Shown piece after piece: positions 19,978 through 30,350 of a stretch of DNA of 64,000 nucleotides. This stretch comes from a bacterium. GTDB taxonomy: Bacteria; UBA8248; JACPRG01; G963555815. Position 1 is the stretch's first letter. Each line of letters begins with the position of its first letter. The translations under genes were made by a program, and so were the position numbers. The DNA is taken from positions 544,001-608,000 of the forward strand of contig CBDHDG010000005.1 in assembly GCA_965261595.1 (NCBI GenBank). The letters are read 5' to 3'. The notes under the pieces were generated by a model. The model was not told where the DNA came from, ran no database searches, and saw nothing but the letters and a program-made list of their open reading frames with translations.

Positions 19978-21804
19978 TCACCCCTTCTCGGCGTTTTCGG
20001 TCCCCGCCTTGCTGATCAGGAAGTCTCCCAGGATCAGATGAGGCAGCTCGGACCGCTCAAAGGTCTCAATCGCCTCGGAGGGTCCGCAGACGATTGGATC
20101 GCCGTGAAGGTTGAACGACGTGTTGAGGACGGCCCCCACGCCCGTCCGCTCCTCGAAGCATCGGATCAGCCGGTCGTACGCCGGGTTGTCCTCCTCACGC
20201 AGGATCTGGGGCCGGCCGGTGGCGTCGTAGGGATGAACGGCCGCCGCCAGGGCCTCCCGCCCCTCCGCGGTCGTGTCGAAGGCCAGCATCATGAAGGGTG
20301 ACGACAGGGCCCCGCCTTCCGGTGGCCGAAGGTAGCGAGCCGCGCCCCCGGCCCGGACGGTCGGGGCGAAGGGCATCCAGAAATCCCGGCTCTTGATCAT
20401 TTTGTTGATGCGGGCCACGACCCGGAAGTCGCGGGGATCGGCCAGGATGGACCGGTTCCCCAGGGCGCGCGCGCCGAACTCCATCCGCCCCGCCATCCGC
20501 GCGACGACCCCGTCCCGAACGATCAGCTCGGCCGCCCGGGCCTCCATGTCGGCGGGCCGGGAAACCTCGTGGCGGTCCGAGACCCCCGCCCGGCGGAGGG
20601 CCTCCTCGATCTCCCGGGAAGAAAACTCCGGTCCCAGGTAGAGGTGGTCCAGCGGGTGGAACCCGGCGGCCGGGCGTCCGCCCTCTGCCTCCCCCCCCCC
20701 CTTCCCGTAATGGGCCTGATAGGCCGCGCCGATCGCGTTGGACTCGTCGCCGCAGCTCGGCATGACGAAGAGCTCGCCGATCTCGGGAAGTCGCGCCAAG
20801 ACCTGGTTGGCCTTGACGTTCATGAAGATCCCCCCCGAAAGGGCCACCCGCCCCGGCGCCGCCCGGCCGTTTCCGCCCGTCCCGGCGGCCAGCCGCAGGC
20901 TCTCCCGCGTCCAGGCCTCGAGGAGGTTCTCCAGGTGGTCCTGGGCCGCGGCGGCCACCCAGTCGAAACGCATCCGGGCCAGCTTCATCATCATGTGGGC
21001 GAAGCGCCGCTTCCGGACCCGCCAGCGGAACCGGGCGCCCTCGCCGGTCCCCGCCGGGACGTATTCCAGCATCTCCCGGAAGATCCGTTGGACCTCTTCG
21101 CGTCCGTGGGCGGGCGCGTAAGGCGCCATGCCCATCACCTTGTGCTCGTGCTCCAATTGCCGCATCCCCAGGAAGACCGTCACCAGGGAGTAAAAACTGC
21201 CCAGGGACCCGTGGGCGCTCCGGCTCGCCGAGAGCCGCCGAATGCCTTCCCGGGTCGCGCGGCTCACCGAGGCGCACAGGCCGTCGCCCGCGTTGTCGTT
21301 GGTCAGGATGAAGGCGTCGCCCCCCGCGAAGGGGGAGGCGTAATAGGCCGCCGCCGCGTGGCAGCGGTGATGCTCGACGGGCTGGATGCTGGAAGCGGGA
21401 ACCCCGACGTGGGCGGCGACGCTTGAGATGCGCTCGTCCGGAGAGAGCGGGCGCTTGCGCCGCAGGGCCCGTCTCCTTCGGCCCGATGGGAAAAACGGGG
21501 GCGGTCTCCAATCCCCGGGCGAGCGGGGGACCTCGAAATAATCGTCGATGTACGACTCGTCCCGGGTGATTCGGTCGAACCATTCGGGGTCCATGGCCTC
21601 GCGCCCGGCCAGGGCCACGGCGTCCGGAGCGTCCGCGCCTTCGGGAAGAAACCCCAGACAGTACTCGACCGCCCGGCGGGGATAGCCCCCTTCGTTCTTC
21701 TTGCGGGTGAACCGCTCCTCGCTGACGCAGGCGACGACGCGGCCGTCGATGAGGAGGGCGGCGGTGGCGCAGTGCGAATCGGTTATCCCCAGGATGGCCG
21801 TCAT
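19978..21804 (-). CDS. O-carbamoyltransferase (NodU/CmcH/TobZ family)
   Basis: ILGI..SEERFTRKK, EHHRCHAA, HKVMGMAPY, GGIFMNVKAN, EFGARALGNRSIL, NTSFNLHGDPIV. Confidence 0.93.
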   Translation of the reverse strand: MTAILGITDSHCATAALLIDGRVVACVSEERFTRKKNEGGYPRRAVEYCLGFLPEGADAPDAVALAGREAMDPEWFDRITRDESYIDDYFEVPRSPGDWRPPPFFPSGRRRRALRRKRPLSPDERISSVAAHVGVPASSIQPVEHHRCHAAAAYYASPFAGGDAFILTNDNAGDGLCASVSRATREGIRRLSASRSAHGSLGSFYSLVTVFLGMRQLEHEHKVMGMAPYAPAHGREEVQRIFREMLEYVPAGTGEGARFRWRVRKRRFAHMMMKLARMRFDWVAAAAQDHLENLLEAWTRESLRLAAGTGGNGRAAPGRVALSGGIFMNVKANQVLARLPEIGELFVMPSCGDESNAIGAAYQAHYGKGGGEAEGGRPAAGFHPLDHLYLGPEFSSREIEEALRRAGVSDRHEVSRPADMEARAAELIVRDGVVARMAGRMEFGARALGNRSILADPRDFRVVARINKMIKSRDFWMPFAPTVRAGGAARYLRPPEGGALSSPFMMLAFDTTAEGREALAAAVHPYDATGRPQILREEDNPAYDRLIRCFEERTGVGAVLNTSFNLHGDPIVCGPSEAIETFERSELPHLILGDFLISKAGTENAEKG

Positions 21805-23081
21805 CGGCCGTTCTCTCCCCCCCCCCCCTCACCGGCTCGCGCGGCGGGTGGATCGGCGCCTTCCATCCCCTCGGGCGGCGCCCCGCCGGCGGGTTCCGCG
21901 GGCAGGCCCAGGGCCCGCCGGTAGACGCCCACCATCCTCCCCGTCCAGGCGCCCCGGTCGTACTCCCGCTCGGCGCGGTCCCGGGCGCTCCGGCCCATGT
22001 CCCGCCGCCGCTCGGGATTGCGGACGAGCCGTTCCATGGCGTCGGCCAGAGCGGCCGGGTTCTCGGGGGGGACGATCAACCCTTCCGTCCCGTCGCGGAG
22101 GAGCTCTCGGACGCAGCCCACGTCCGTCGCCACGACGGGTTTTCCGAGCGCCATCCACTCCAGGACGGCCCGGCTTGTTCCCTCCGAGCTCCGGGCGGCG
22201 AACAGTCCGGCGTCGGCGGCCGACAGGGCGGTGGGGAGGTCGCTCCGGAATCCCAGCAGGTGGACGGCGTCTCCGATGCCCATCTCCGCGGCCCGCCGGG
22301 CCACCTTCTCCTGATCCCCCCCGGCGCAGGCCGGCAGGAGCCGGGCGGGCAGGCCCCGACGCCGGAGCCGGGCCAGCGCTTCCAGGGCCGTCATGTGCCC
22401 CTTGAGGCGGATAAAGCTCGAATTCATGCCGAAGACCACGTCGGAATCGGGGATGCCGAATTTCTCGCGGTCGGCCCGGCCGTTCAGGCCGGGGCGAAAA
22501 TCGCGCGCGTCGACGCCGCCCCGCAGGGTGATGATCCGTGCGGACCGGAACGCGCCCGAGCGCTCAAACCCCTCCCGGATTTTTTCGGTCGCCGCGACCA
22601 CCCGGTCCGTGGCCCGGTTATAGAGCCAGCGGTTGGCCGGATGCGTCCGGACGGGTTGGAGGATGTGCCGGGAGCGGATGAGCGCGGCGGGCGGCCGATT
22701 TCCTTCTTCCCCCCCCCCTCGCCCCCCCCCGCCGAGGCGCAAGGTCGCGGCCGCGAGCCAGTGGTCCTGGCCCCGGTGGGCGTGGAGGACCTGGATGTCG
22801 GCGGCGCCCATGAGGCGGCGGAGTCCCCGGATGTCCCTTCGCCAGACCGCCGGCCTGAGTCCCGATTGGAAGGACAAGAACTCGATCCTCCGGACACCGG
22901 CCTCGGCGGCCTTTTCGGCGACGCCTTCGCCCTCTTTCTCGCGGCACACGAGGATGACCTCATGGCCTCGCTCCTGCAACCCGAGGGTCAGGGAGACGGC
23001 TGCCCAGGCGTCGGAGCTCCAGCCGCGGCAGCTCATGAGCTGGAGGACGCGGAGCGGCCCTTCCCGCCGGCCTTCGGACAC
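21801..23081 (-). CDS. GT4 glycosyltransferase
   Basis: HAHRGQDHW, LKGH, EGTSRAVLEWMALGKPVVATDVG. Confidence 0.88.
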   Translation of the reverse strand: MSEGRREGPLRVLQLMSCRGWSSDAWAAVSLTLGLQERGHEVILVCREKEGEGVAEKAAEAGVRRIEFLSFQSGLRPAVWRRDIRGLRRLMGAADIQVLHAHRGQDHWLAAATLRLGGGGRGGGEEGNRPPAALIRSRHILQPVRTHPANRWLYNRATDRVVAATEKIREGFERSGAFRSARIITLRGGVDARDFRPGLNGRADREKFGIPDSDVVFGMNSSFIRLKGHMTALEALARLRRRGLPARLLPACAGGDQEKVARRAAEMGIGDAVHLLGFRSDLPTALSAADAGLFAARSSEGTSRAVLEWMALGKPVVATDVGCVRELLRDGTEGLIVPPENPAALADAMERLVRNPERRRDMGRSARDRAEREYDRGAWTGRMVGVYRRALGLPAEPAGGAPPEGMEGADPPAARAGEGGGGENGR

Positions 23082-23082
23082 C

Positions 23083-24849
23083 TTAATTCGTCCCGAGGGC
23101 GCCGGCGGGGGACGCTTCCCGGGCGGGTTTGAGAATCGGCGATTGGAGGTGGTGGAGCCGGGCGTAGAGGCCCTTCCGGGCGAGGAGGGTCTCGTGGGTT
23201 CCCTGCTCGATGAGCCGGCCCTCGTCCAGGACGAGGATCCGCTCGGCCCGGCGCACGCTGGAGAGCCGGTGTGCGACGATGAGGGTGGTGCGGTCCCGCA
23301 TGAGGACGTTGAAGGCCTCTTCGACCAACCGCTCGGATTCGGAGTCCAGGGCGGAAGTGGCCTCGTCCAGGATCAACAGGATCGGGTTCCGCAGGACCGC
23401 CCGGGCGATGGCCAGGCGCTGGCGCTCGCCGCCGGAGAGCTTCGCGCCGTCCTCGCCGATGAGGGTGTCGTACCCCTCGGGCAGATCGGAGATAAAACCG
23501 TGGGCGTTCGCCGCGCGCGCCGCCGCCTCGATTCGCTCGGGAGGGACGTCGGGCAGGTTGTACGCGATGTTGGCCGCAGCGGTGTCATTGAACAGGACGA
23601 TTTGCTGGGTCACGACGGCCATGTGCGCCCGCAGCGACGCCGGGTCGTATTCCGACGCGTCCTTTCCGTCCCAGAGGATACGTCCCGAGGTGGGCGCGTA
23701 CAGGCCGAGAACCAGGTCGAGGAGCGTCGTCTTGCCCGAGCCGGTCTGGCCGACGATCGCCGTCACCTCCCCCTTGAGGATCTCGATGTCCACGTCCTGA
23801 AGGACCGGTGCGTCCTCGTAGCGGAAAGAGACCCGCTCGAATTGGATGGAGCGTTGGAGCGCGGGCGCCGCCCGGCCCCCGCGCCGGGTCTTCAAGGCGG
23901 CGGATTCATCCATCAGGGCGAAGACCGCGTCGGCGGCCGCCATCCCCTCCTGGAGGGTGTGATACGTGCGGGACAGGCGCTTGAGGGGACCCATGATCAG
24001 TCCCAACGCCGCCAGGAAAGAGATGAACTCCCCGGGCGTCCGGACGCCGCTCAACACTTGGTGGCCGCCGGCCCACAGAATGAAGGCCGCCCCGCCGCCT
24101 CCCAGGATCTCGACGACCGGATGGCTGAGCGCCCGCACGCGCCGGGCCTTCATCGCCAGACCGAAAAATCGCCGGTTGCGCTTGGAAAAACGGGCGAGCT
24201 CGTGGTCCTCGGCGTTGTAGGCCTTGACGACGCGGGCCGCCTGGAAGGCCTCTTTCATGGCCGTGTTGATGTCGCCCATCTGCGTCTGCATCCGCCCCGT
24301 GATGCGCCGGATCTTGCCGCCCAGGCGGCCGATGATCAGACCCAACGGCGGAAGGACGACGACGAAGACGGCGGACAGATACGGGTCGCGGTAAAAGGCG
24401 AGACCCAACAGGAACAGCAGGCCGAAGGTGTGTTGTCCCAGGTCTCGCAGCCCCGACGCGGACGCCTTCTGCAACAGCGCGATGTCGTACGTGATCTTCG
24501 ACATCAGCTCGCCCGAGGTCTTCCGGACGAAGAACGAGAGCGGTATTTCGTGAAAGTGACGATACAAATGGTTGCGCACGTCCATCACCATCCGCTGGGA
24601 GAGCCAGAACATGAAGTAACTCTGGCCATAAGCGAAGATTCCCTTGACGATATATGTAAGGAGAATGACCGCAACGATGAGGTTCAGCATCCTGGCGTTC
24701 TTTGCGATGAACACGCCGTCGATCATATCCTTGGCGATATAGGCGGGAATGGCGGTGACCGCTCCGAGGACGACCATACAGATCCCGGACAGGACGCACC
24801 TCCGCCAGTACGGCTTGAGATAACCGAGGAGGCGAAGATAATTATTCAT
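23083..24849 (-). CDS. msbA: Lipid A-core flippase, ABC exporter
   Basis: Fused TMD-NBD; GQTGSGKT, LSGGERQR, LDEATSALD, AHRLS; embedded in LPS cluster. Confidence 0.82.
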   Translation of the reverse strand: MNNYLRLLGYLKPYWRRCVLSGICMVVLGAVTAIPAYIAKDMIDGVFIAKNARMLNLIVAVILLTYIVKGIFAYGQSYFMFWLSQRMVMDVRNHLYRHFHEIPLSFFVRKTSGELMSKITYDIALLQKASASGLRDLGQHTFGLLFLLGLAFYRDPYLSAVFVVVLPPLGLIIGRLGGKIRRITGRMQTQMGDINTAMKEAFQAARVVKAYNAEDHELARFSKRNRRFFGLAMKARRVRALSHPVVEILGGGGAAFILWAGGHQVLSGVRTPGEFISFLAALGLIMGPLKRLSRTYHTLQEGMAAADAVFALMDESAALKTRRGGRAAPALQRSIQFERVSFRYEDAPVLQDVDIEILKGEVTAIVGQTGSGKTTLLDLVLGLYAPTSGRILWDGKDASEYDPASLRAHMAVVTQQIVLFNDTAAANIAYNLPDVPPERIEAAARAANAHGFISDLPEGYDTLIGEDGAKLSGGERQRLAIARAVLRNPILLILDEATSALDSESERLVEEAFNVLMRDRTTLIVAHRLSSVRRAERILVLDEGRLIEQGTHETLLARKGLYARLHHLQSPILKPAREASPAGALGTN

Positions 24850-24943
24850 CTTCGAAGGTCCGTTAACGGGACGCTTTTCAAACAGATATCCACAGTTCGA
24901 GTATAGGCAGGATGAGGCCGGTCGGCAACCGGGGTATTGCGTC

Positions 24944-26113
24944 CTAAGACGGCTTTCCCTTTTCGGCGCGGCTGAGAAGCTCCCGGTAAAACGCCACGGC
25001 CCGGCTGGCTTGCACGGGACGATCGAAATCCTCCCGGACCTTTTTCCGGCCCATGGCGCCCAGCGCCGCCGCCCGCTCCGGATCGCGAAGCAGACCGATG
25101 ACCGCCTCGGCCAGGGCCCGTGCGTCGGCCTGGGGGACGACCGACCCGGTCTTCCCGTCCTCGACGATCTCGTCCAGGCCGTCGCGGGCCGCGACGACGC
25201 AGGGCAGACCGTACGCCATGGCCTCCAGGAGCGCCCGGCCCGTGCCCTCCGATCCGCCGGACTGGAGAACGAAGACGCTCATCCGGCGCAGGACGTCCCG
25301 GAGGTCGCCGTCCCAAAACCCCGCCAGGATGACCTCGCCCCCCGCGCCCGTGCCGAAGCCAAGGGCCTCGGACCGCCGGACGATCTCCCCCCGGTGCTCG
25401 CCCTTGCCCGTGATGAGCAGCCGGGCCCCCGGGATTCGCTCCCGGATAGAGCCGAACGCCTCGAGGAGCGTGGAATGCCCGCGGTTCGGGGCCAGGCGGG
25501 AGACGGTTCCCACAACCGGCCCCGCGCCGTCCAACCCCAGATGTCCCCTGGCGGATTCCGCTCCCGTCCCCGGCCGGAAAAAATCCGTATCCACCATGCC
25601 GCGCTGGGTGCGGACCCACCCCGGGGGCAGACCGGCGGTCTCGACGCACCGCTTCCGGATTGCGTCGGAGACCGCCACGAACCCGTCCGTCCGGCCGTAG
25701 CAGAAAACCCGGTGGAATGGGTCCGCATGAACGTGGCGGGGGAGGTGAAAGGTTCGCACCAGGGCCGTGGCGGGAGGCGCCTTGCCCCGCCCCGCCGCCA
25801 GGGCCGTCCAGTGGTCGTGTGAGAGATGGGCGTGAACGATCCGGACGCCGCTCCTGGAGATGAGGCGGCCCAGGCGGCTTCGGTCCCGCAGGAAATCCCC
25901 GGGTCCCCATCGCCGGTTGAAGTGGAACCCCTCGAAGGCCAGACCCTCCGCCCGGGCCCGCTCCTCGAGCAGGTTGCCGGGAGTGGCGGCCAGGAGGACG
26001 CGGTGGCCCAGGTCCCGAAGCGCGCAGGAAAGCTCGAAGACGGCCGATGCGGCCCCCGTCAGCCAGGGGCTGCTGACGACCTGGAGGACCGAGAGCCCCA
26101 TCCCGTCCGTCAA
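24944..26113 (-). CDS. GT4 glycosyltransferase
   Basis: HAHLSHDHW, EGTGRALLEAMAYG; start TTG 26113 (overlaps upstream stop) or ATG 26101; the longer track ORF is a spurious extension. Confidence 0.85.
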   Translation of the reverse strand: MTDGMGLSVLQVVSSPWLTGAASAVFELSCALRDLGHRVLLAATPGNLLEERARAEGLAFEGFHFNRRWGPGDFLRDRSRLGRLISRSGVRIVHAHLSHDHWTALAAGRGKAPPATALVRTFHLPRHVHADPFHRVFCYGRTDGFVAVSDAIRKRCVETAGLPPGWVRTQRGMVDTDFFRPGTGAESARGHLGLDGAGPVVGTVSRLAPNRGHSTLLEAFGSIRERIPGARLLITGKGEHRGEIVRRSEALGFGTGAGGEVILAGFWDGDLRDVLRRMSVFVLQSGGSEGTGRALLEAMAYGLPCVVAARDGLDEIVEDGKTGSVVPQADARALAEAVIGLLRDPERAAALGAMGRKKVREDFDRPVQASRAVAFYRELLSRAEKGKPS

Positions 26114-27228
26114 CGTCCGTTCCTCCCCCCTCGGGCGGCGCGGAGCGCTTCCTCGTAGATGTTTTCCAGGCCGTTCAACATGGCTTCCAGAGAGTGCCGC
26201 TCGCGCACCCGGTTCATCCCCGTTTTTCCCATGCGCTCCCGCTGCCCGGGATCGGCCAGCAGCCGCTCGACGGCCCGCGCCAGCGCGGCCGAGTCTCCCG
26301 GCTCGACCAGAAGCCCTGTCTCCCCCTCGCGGACGACCTCGGGGATGCCCCCGACCCTCGTTCCCACGACGGGCACGCCCGTCGCCATGGCCTGGAGGCC
26401 CGCTTGCGGGATGCCGTCGGTGCGGGTCGAGGCGATCACCAGGACGTCGAGGGCCGCCATCACTTCCGGAATGTCCTCCCGAAAGCCCGTCAGGGTGATC
26501 CGCGCCGTCATGTTCTCCGAGCGCACTTTCTCCGCGATCAGGTCCCGCCAAAGCCCGTCGCCGACGATGAAGAAGCGGACTTCGGGATTTCGGGCGGACA
26601 GGATCCGGGCGGCCTCGATGAAGTGGTCGTGGCCTTTGGAGCCCCGGAGCTGCGCCACGATCCCCACGACGGGCGTTTCCTCGCCGAGGCCGAACGCCTC
26701 CCTGAACGGCCGGCCGGAGACGTGCGGGCCGAACCGCCCGAGGTCCACGCCCGTCGGCAGGGTGATGACCCGGCCGGGGGGAACGCCGCACCGGCTCACC
26801 AAGTGGTCCCGCGTGGCGGACGCCGTGACCAGGATGCGGTCTGGAATTTGGTAGACGGGGTTCAGGCGGTGTGCGCGGACCGGGATGGATACGTGGCGCG
26901 TGCGGAAGATCACCGGGACGCCCGCGCTCTTTCCGGCCAGGCCGGCGAGCCAACTGTCCTTCGAGCTGTGGGTGTGGAGGATGGCGGGCCTTTCCCTTCG
27001 GAGGAGGCGGAAGATCCGCAGGAGGGCGAGGGGGTCGGCGACGCTTCGGATCGGGGCGGCCAGGAAAGGAAGCCCGCGGCAGCGCGCCTCCCTTTCTATG
27101 CCGCTGCCCGAGGGCCCGGCGACGCGCACCCGGTGCCCGCGCCGGGTCAGGTGGTCCGCCTCCAGAATCGTGCGGGCCTCCTGCCCGCCCCATCCGGCCG
27201 AGGATTCCGTATGGAGGATGTCAAGCAT
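26110..27228 (-). CDS. GT4 glycosyltransferase
   Basis: HTESSAGWGGQEAR, HTHSSKDSW, RTRH, DGIPQAGLQAMATG. Confidence 0.9.
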   Translation of the reverse strand: MLDILHTESSAGWGGQEARTILEADHLTRRGHRVRVAGPSGSGIEREARCRGLPFLAAPIRSVADPLALLRIFRLLRRERPAILHTHSSKDSWLAGLAGKSAGVPVIFRTRHVSIPVRAHRLNPVYQIPDRILVTASATRDHLVSRCGVPPGRVITLPTGVDLGRFGPHVSGRPFREAFGLGEETPVVGIVAQLRGSKGHDHFIEAARILSARNPEVRFFIVGDGLWRDLIAEKVRSENMTARITLTGFREDIPEVMAALDVLVIASTRTDGIPQAGLQAMATGVPVVGTRVGGIPEVVREGETGLLVEPGDSAALARAVERLLADPGQRERMGKTGMNRVRERHSLEAMLNGLENIYEEALRAARGGRNGR

Positions 27229-27988
27229 CCGGGTCTTTCGTCAGCTCCAGGAGCCGGGCGTATTTGGCGAAGACGTAAAAGGCGTCCAGGACGGAGAAGA
27301 TGAGACCGTCGATTCCGTCCGTGAAGCCGCGCATCAGGACCAGGTTGCGGAAAAACCGGACGGGGGGCCGAAGACAGAGGTGGGTCCACCCGGGACGGAC
27401 CCCCCGCGCTTGTAGATCGAGGGCGGCGAGGCGCGAGTAGCGCTCGAGCCGCCGCAGGTAGTCGCCCAGGTCCTCGTAGCTCCGGTGTTCGAGGGCGCCC
27501 CGCAGGGTTCCCGTCCGCCCCTGAATCTCGACCGATTCGTGCACGCTCCGGTCGTTGAACCGGCCCGCGTGTTTCCGAAACAGGCGCATCTGGTAATCGG
27601 GGTAGAAGGATTTGCTCTTCATCCACCGGCCCCAGAAGATGTTCCGCCGGGGGACGAAATAGCCGTCGCATTCCGGTTCTTCGCGGTCCAGGAGGTCCTG
27701 GATCTCCCGCTTGAGGTCGTCCGTGACGCGCTCATCGGCGTCCAGGCTCAGGACCCAGGGGTGCGAGGCGTTCTCCAGGGCGAAGTTCTTCTGGGCGGCG
27801 TATCCGGGCCAGGGGTTTTCCAGGACGCGCGCCCCGCGGTCGCGGGAGACCTCCCGGGTGGCGTCGCTGCTGCCGCCGTCCACGACGATGATCTCGTCCA
27901 CCCAGCGCAGGCTGTCCAGGCAGGCGCCGATTCGGGCGCTCTCATCCTGTGCGATGACCGTTGCGGAAAGTCCTCGTCCTTCGCCCAT
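27221..27988 (-). CDS. GT2 glycosyltransferase (WaaE/KdtX-like LPS core)
   Basis: VVDGGSSDAT, WPGYAAQKN, LDADER, YPDYQMRLF, VHE. Confidence 0.88.
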   Translation of the reverse strand: MGEGRGLSATVIAQDESARIGACLDSLRWVDEIIVVDGGSSDATREVSRDRGARVLENPWPGYAAQKNFALENASHPWVLSLDADERVTDDLKREIQDLLDREEPECDGYFVPRRNIFWGRWMKSKSFYPDYQMRLFRKHAGRFNDRSVHESVEIQGRTGTLRGALEHRSYEDLGDYLRRLERYSRLAALDLQARGVRPGWTHLCLRPPVRFFRNLVLMRGFTDGIDGLIFSVLDAFYVFAKYARLLELTKDPDA

Positions 27989-28055
27989 GCCCCGGCTCCG
28001 CCTCCCGTCTCTTCCCCCTTCCCCGCCGTCGGGACGGGCTTCCGGACGCGGGGGT

Positions 28056-28241
28056 TTACTCCCCCCCGCCCCCTTCCAGGGGTGACGCCTCGTCGATGAG
28101 CATGATGGGGATGTCGTCGCGGATGGGGTACTTGAGCTTGCACGCCTCACACGTCAGCCAGCCCGCGTCTTCATCCAGCCGGAGCTCCCCCTTGCACTTG
28201 GGACACGCCAGGATCTCAAGAAGTTCTTTGTTGATCGCCAC
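28056..28241 (-). CDS. Trm112/YcaR family protein
   Basis: LLEILACPKCKGEL...CEAC...YPIRDDIPIML. Confidence 0.9.
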   Translation of the reverse strand: MAINKELLEILACPKCKGELRLDEDAGWLTCEACKLKYPIRDDIPIMLIDEASPLEGGGGE

Positions 28242-29205
28242 CCAATTTTCTCCTTTCCTGCCATTCGTATTGGCGCTGGATGCCGTCGCGCAGGCTCACG
28301 CGCGGAGCGAAACCCAGCTCCCGCTCGGCGCGGGAGACATCCGCCCAGGTATGCCGGACGTCCCCCGCCTGTCGGTCGTGATGGCTCCGCTTCGCGCGGC
28401 GCCCGGAAACCTCTTCCAGTATTTCCACCACCCGGTTGACCGAGGCCCGTTCGCCGCCTCCGATATTGTAGACCGTCCCGTTCCGCCCCCGCTCCGCCGC
28501 CGCGAGGTTTGCGGCCACCGCGTCGCTGACGTACGTGAAGTCCCGCGTCTGTTCCCCGTCGCCGTAGATCCGGATCTCCTCTCCACTCAACATGGCGTCG
28601 ATGAACCGGTTGAAGGCCATGTCCGGCCGCTGACGGGGGCCGTACACCGTGAAGTAACGCAGCGAAACCACCGGCAGGCCGAACTGCTTCCAGTAGAGAT
28701 GGCCCAGATGCTCGGCGGCAAGCTTGGACACCCCGTAGGGGGAGATGGGCCGGGGGGTCGTGTCCTCCGGGGTCCGGGCCTCCTCGGCCTCTCCGTAAAT
28801 CGAGGAGGAGGAGGCGTAGACGATCCGGCTGACCTTTCCGTTTCCCTCGGACCCCGCCTGCCGGACGGCCTCCAGCAGGCGTTGGGCGCCCAGGATGTTG
28901 TTGTCGGTGTAGGTCCGGAAGGAATCTCCCCAACTGGCCCGGACGCCCGCCTGCGCCGCCTGGTGAAACACCCAGTCCACGCCTCGCAGGAGGCCGCCGA
29001 GGTCGATCCCGGCCAGGTCCCCCTCTACGAGCTCGAAGGCGGCTTCGTCTTTCAGGCCCGACAGGTTCGATTCCTTCACCTCCCGGGCGTAGTAATCGGC
29101 GAAAGAGTCGAGCCCCAGGACTTCATGCCCCTCGGCCGTCAAGGCTTCCGCCAGATGGGAGCCGATGAAACCGGCGACGCCGGTGATCAGGCAACGCTTG
29201 TTCAA
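28216..29205 (-). CDS. NAD-dependent nucleotide-sugar epimerase (UDP-glucuronate/glucose 4-epimerase-like)
   Basis: TGVAGFIG, HQAAQAGVR, YGVSK, RYFTVYGPRQRPDMAF. Confidence 0.9.
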   Translation of the reverse strand: MNKRCLITGVAGFIGSHLAEALTAEGHEVLGLDSFADYYAREVKESNLSGLKDEAAFELVEGDLAGIDLGGLLRGVDWVFHQAAQAGVRASWGDSFRTYTDNNILGAQRLLEAVRQAGSEGNGKVSRIVYASSSSIYGEAEEARTPEDTTPRPISPYGVSKLAAEHLGHLYWKQFGLPVVSLRYFTVYGPRQRPDMAFNRFIDAMLSGEEIRIYGDGEQTRDFTYVSDAVAANLAAAERGRNGTVYNIGGGERASVNRVVEILEEVSGRRAKRSHHDRQAGDVRHTWADVSRAERELGFAPRVSLRDGIQRQYEWQERRKLGGDQQRTS

Positions 29206-30347
29206 GAGCGGTTTTTCTCCTCAGCGCCGGCCGCGACGCCGGCCCAGGGGGGGTCCGCCCGCCCGCGCGACCAGAGCGCAAGGGCGCTCTCGGCCGCCTC
29301 GGCCGGCGTGATCCCGGTCAGACATCGGATCCCGAAGCCGGGGCACTTCCTCTCGTAACAGTGGCTGCACGGGAGCTCGTGATGAACCACCGTCCCCCGG
29401 CCGCCGCCGGGGGGGCCGGGGCCGAGCGGCCCGTTTCGGGAGGGCGTCGTGGGGCCCATGAGGGCGACGGTGGGGACGCCCAGCGCCGCCGCCAGGTGAA
29501 GGGGGCCCGTGTCCCCCCCGATGACCATCCGGCAGCGCTCCAGGAACGCCGCCATCTCCCGGACCGACGTGGGGGGGATCACCTCGGCGGGCGCCTGGAA
29601 ATTCGCGCGCAACGCTTCGGCCAACGGTCCCTCGTCCTTTCCCCGGACCACCAAAAGCTTCGCCCCGGTCTCCGCGGCAATCCGGTCGCCCAGCGCGGCG
29701 AACCGCTCCACCCCCCAGCGCTTCGTCTCCCAGCCCGCGCCCGGGCATATCGCCACGACGGGAACATCGGAGGTCCAGCCCCGGTCGGCGAAGAAGGTGT
29801 CCGCCGGCCGCCGGTCCGACTCCGTGAGGGCGAGGGGGAACTCGATGGGGATGTCCCCATCGATCCCCAGGGGCGCCAGCAGCGAGAGGTTTCGCTCGAT
29901 CACGTGCTCCGCCCCGCTCGGCGGCGCGACGGGATGCGTATAGAGCGCCGAGGCCGCGGACTCCCGGCAGTGGTCCGAATCGAACCCGATCCGTTTTTTG
30001 GCTCCCGAGAGCCGGGCCAGTATGGCACTTTTCAGCAGTCCCTGGAAATCCAGGGCCACGTCGAATCGGCTCCGGCGGACGCGCCGCACGGCGTCCACCG
30101 GCCCGGCGGCCCCCCTGCGAAGCCGGCGCCACCGCCGGGTGTCCATCACGTAGAGGCCGTCCAGCAGGGGGTGTCCCGCCAGGAAGGGCGCGTGGGCGGA
30201 TTCGACCAGCCATTCGATTCGATTCCCGCCGGAGGGTCCGCTCCCGTCGCGCGGGAATTTTCGGCGCAGGGCCGAGAGCGCCGGCAGGGTGTGGAGAATG
30301 TCTCCCAGGGAGCCGAGCCTGATGATTGCGATTCGCACGGGTCGCAC
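29202..30347 (-). CDS. waaC: LPS heptosyltransferase I (GT9)
   Basis: RLGSLGDILHTLP, DFQGLLKSA, TKRW, DTGPLHLAAALG. Confidence 0.85.
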   Translation of the reverse strand: MRPVRIAIIRLGSLGDILHTLPALSALRRKFPRDGSGPSGGNRIEWLVESAHAPFLAGHPLLDGLYVMDTRRWRRLRRGAAGPVDAVRRVRRSRFDVALDFQGLLKSAILARLSGAKKRIGFDSDHCRESAASALYTHPVAPPSGAEHVIERNLSLLAPLGIDGDIPIEFPLALTESDRRPADTFFADRGWTSDVPVVAICPGAGWETKRWGVERFAALGDRIAAETGAKLLVVRGKDEGPLAEALRANFQAPAEVIPPTSVREMAAFLERCRMVIGGDTGPLHLAAALGVPTVALMGPTTPSRNGPLGPGPPGGGRGTVVHHELPCSHCYERKCPGFGIRCLTGITPAEAAESALALWSRGRADPPWAGVAAGAEEKNRS

Positions 30348-30350
30348 CCT

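Noticed and set aside
24944..27193. Apparent 749-aa double glycosyltransferase
   Set aside because: The upstream half is an off-frame reading of the GT4 at 26110-27228
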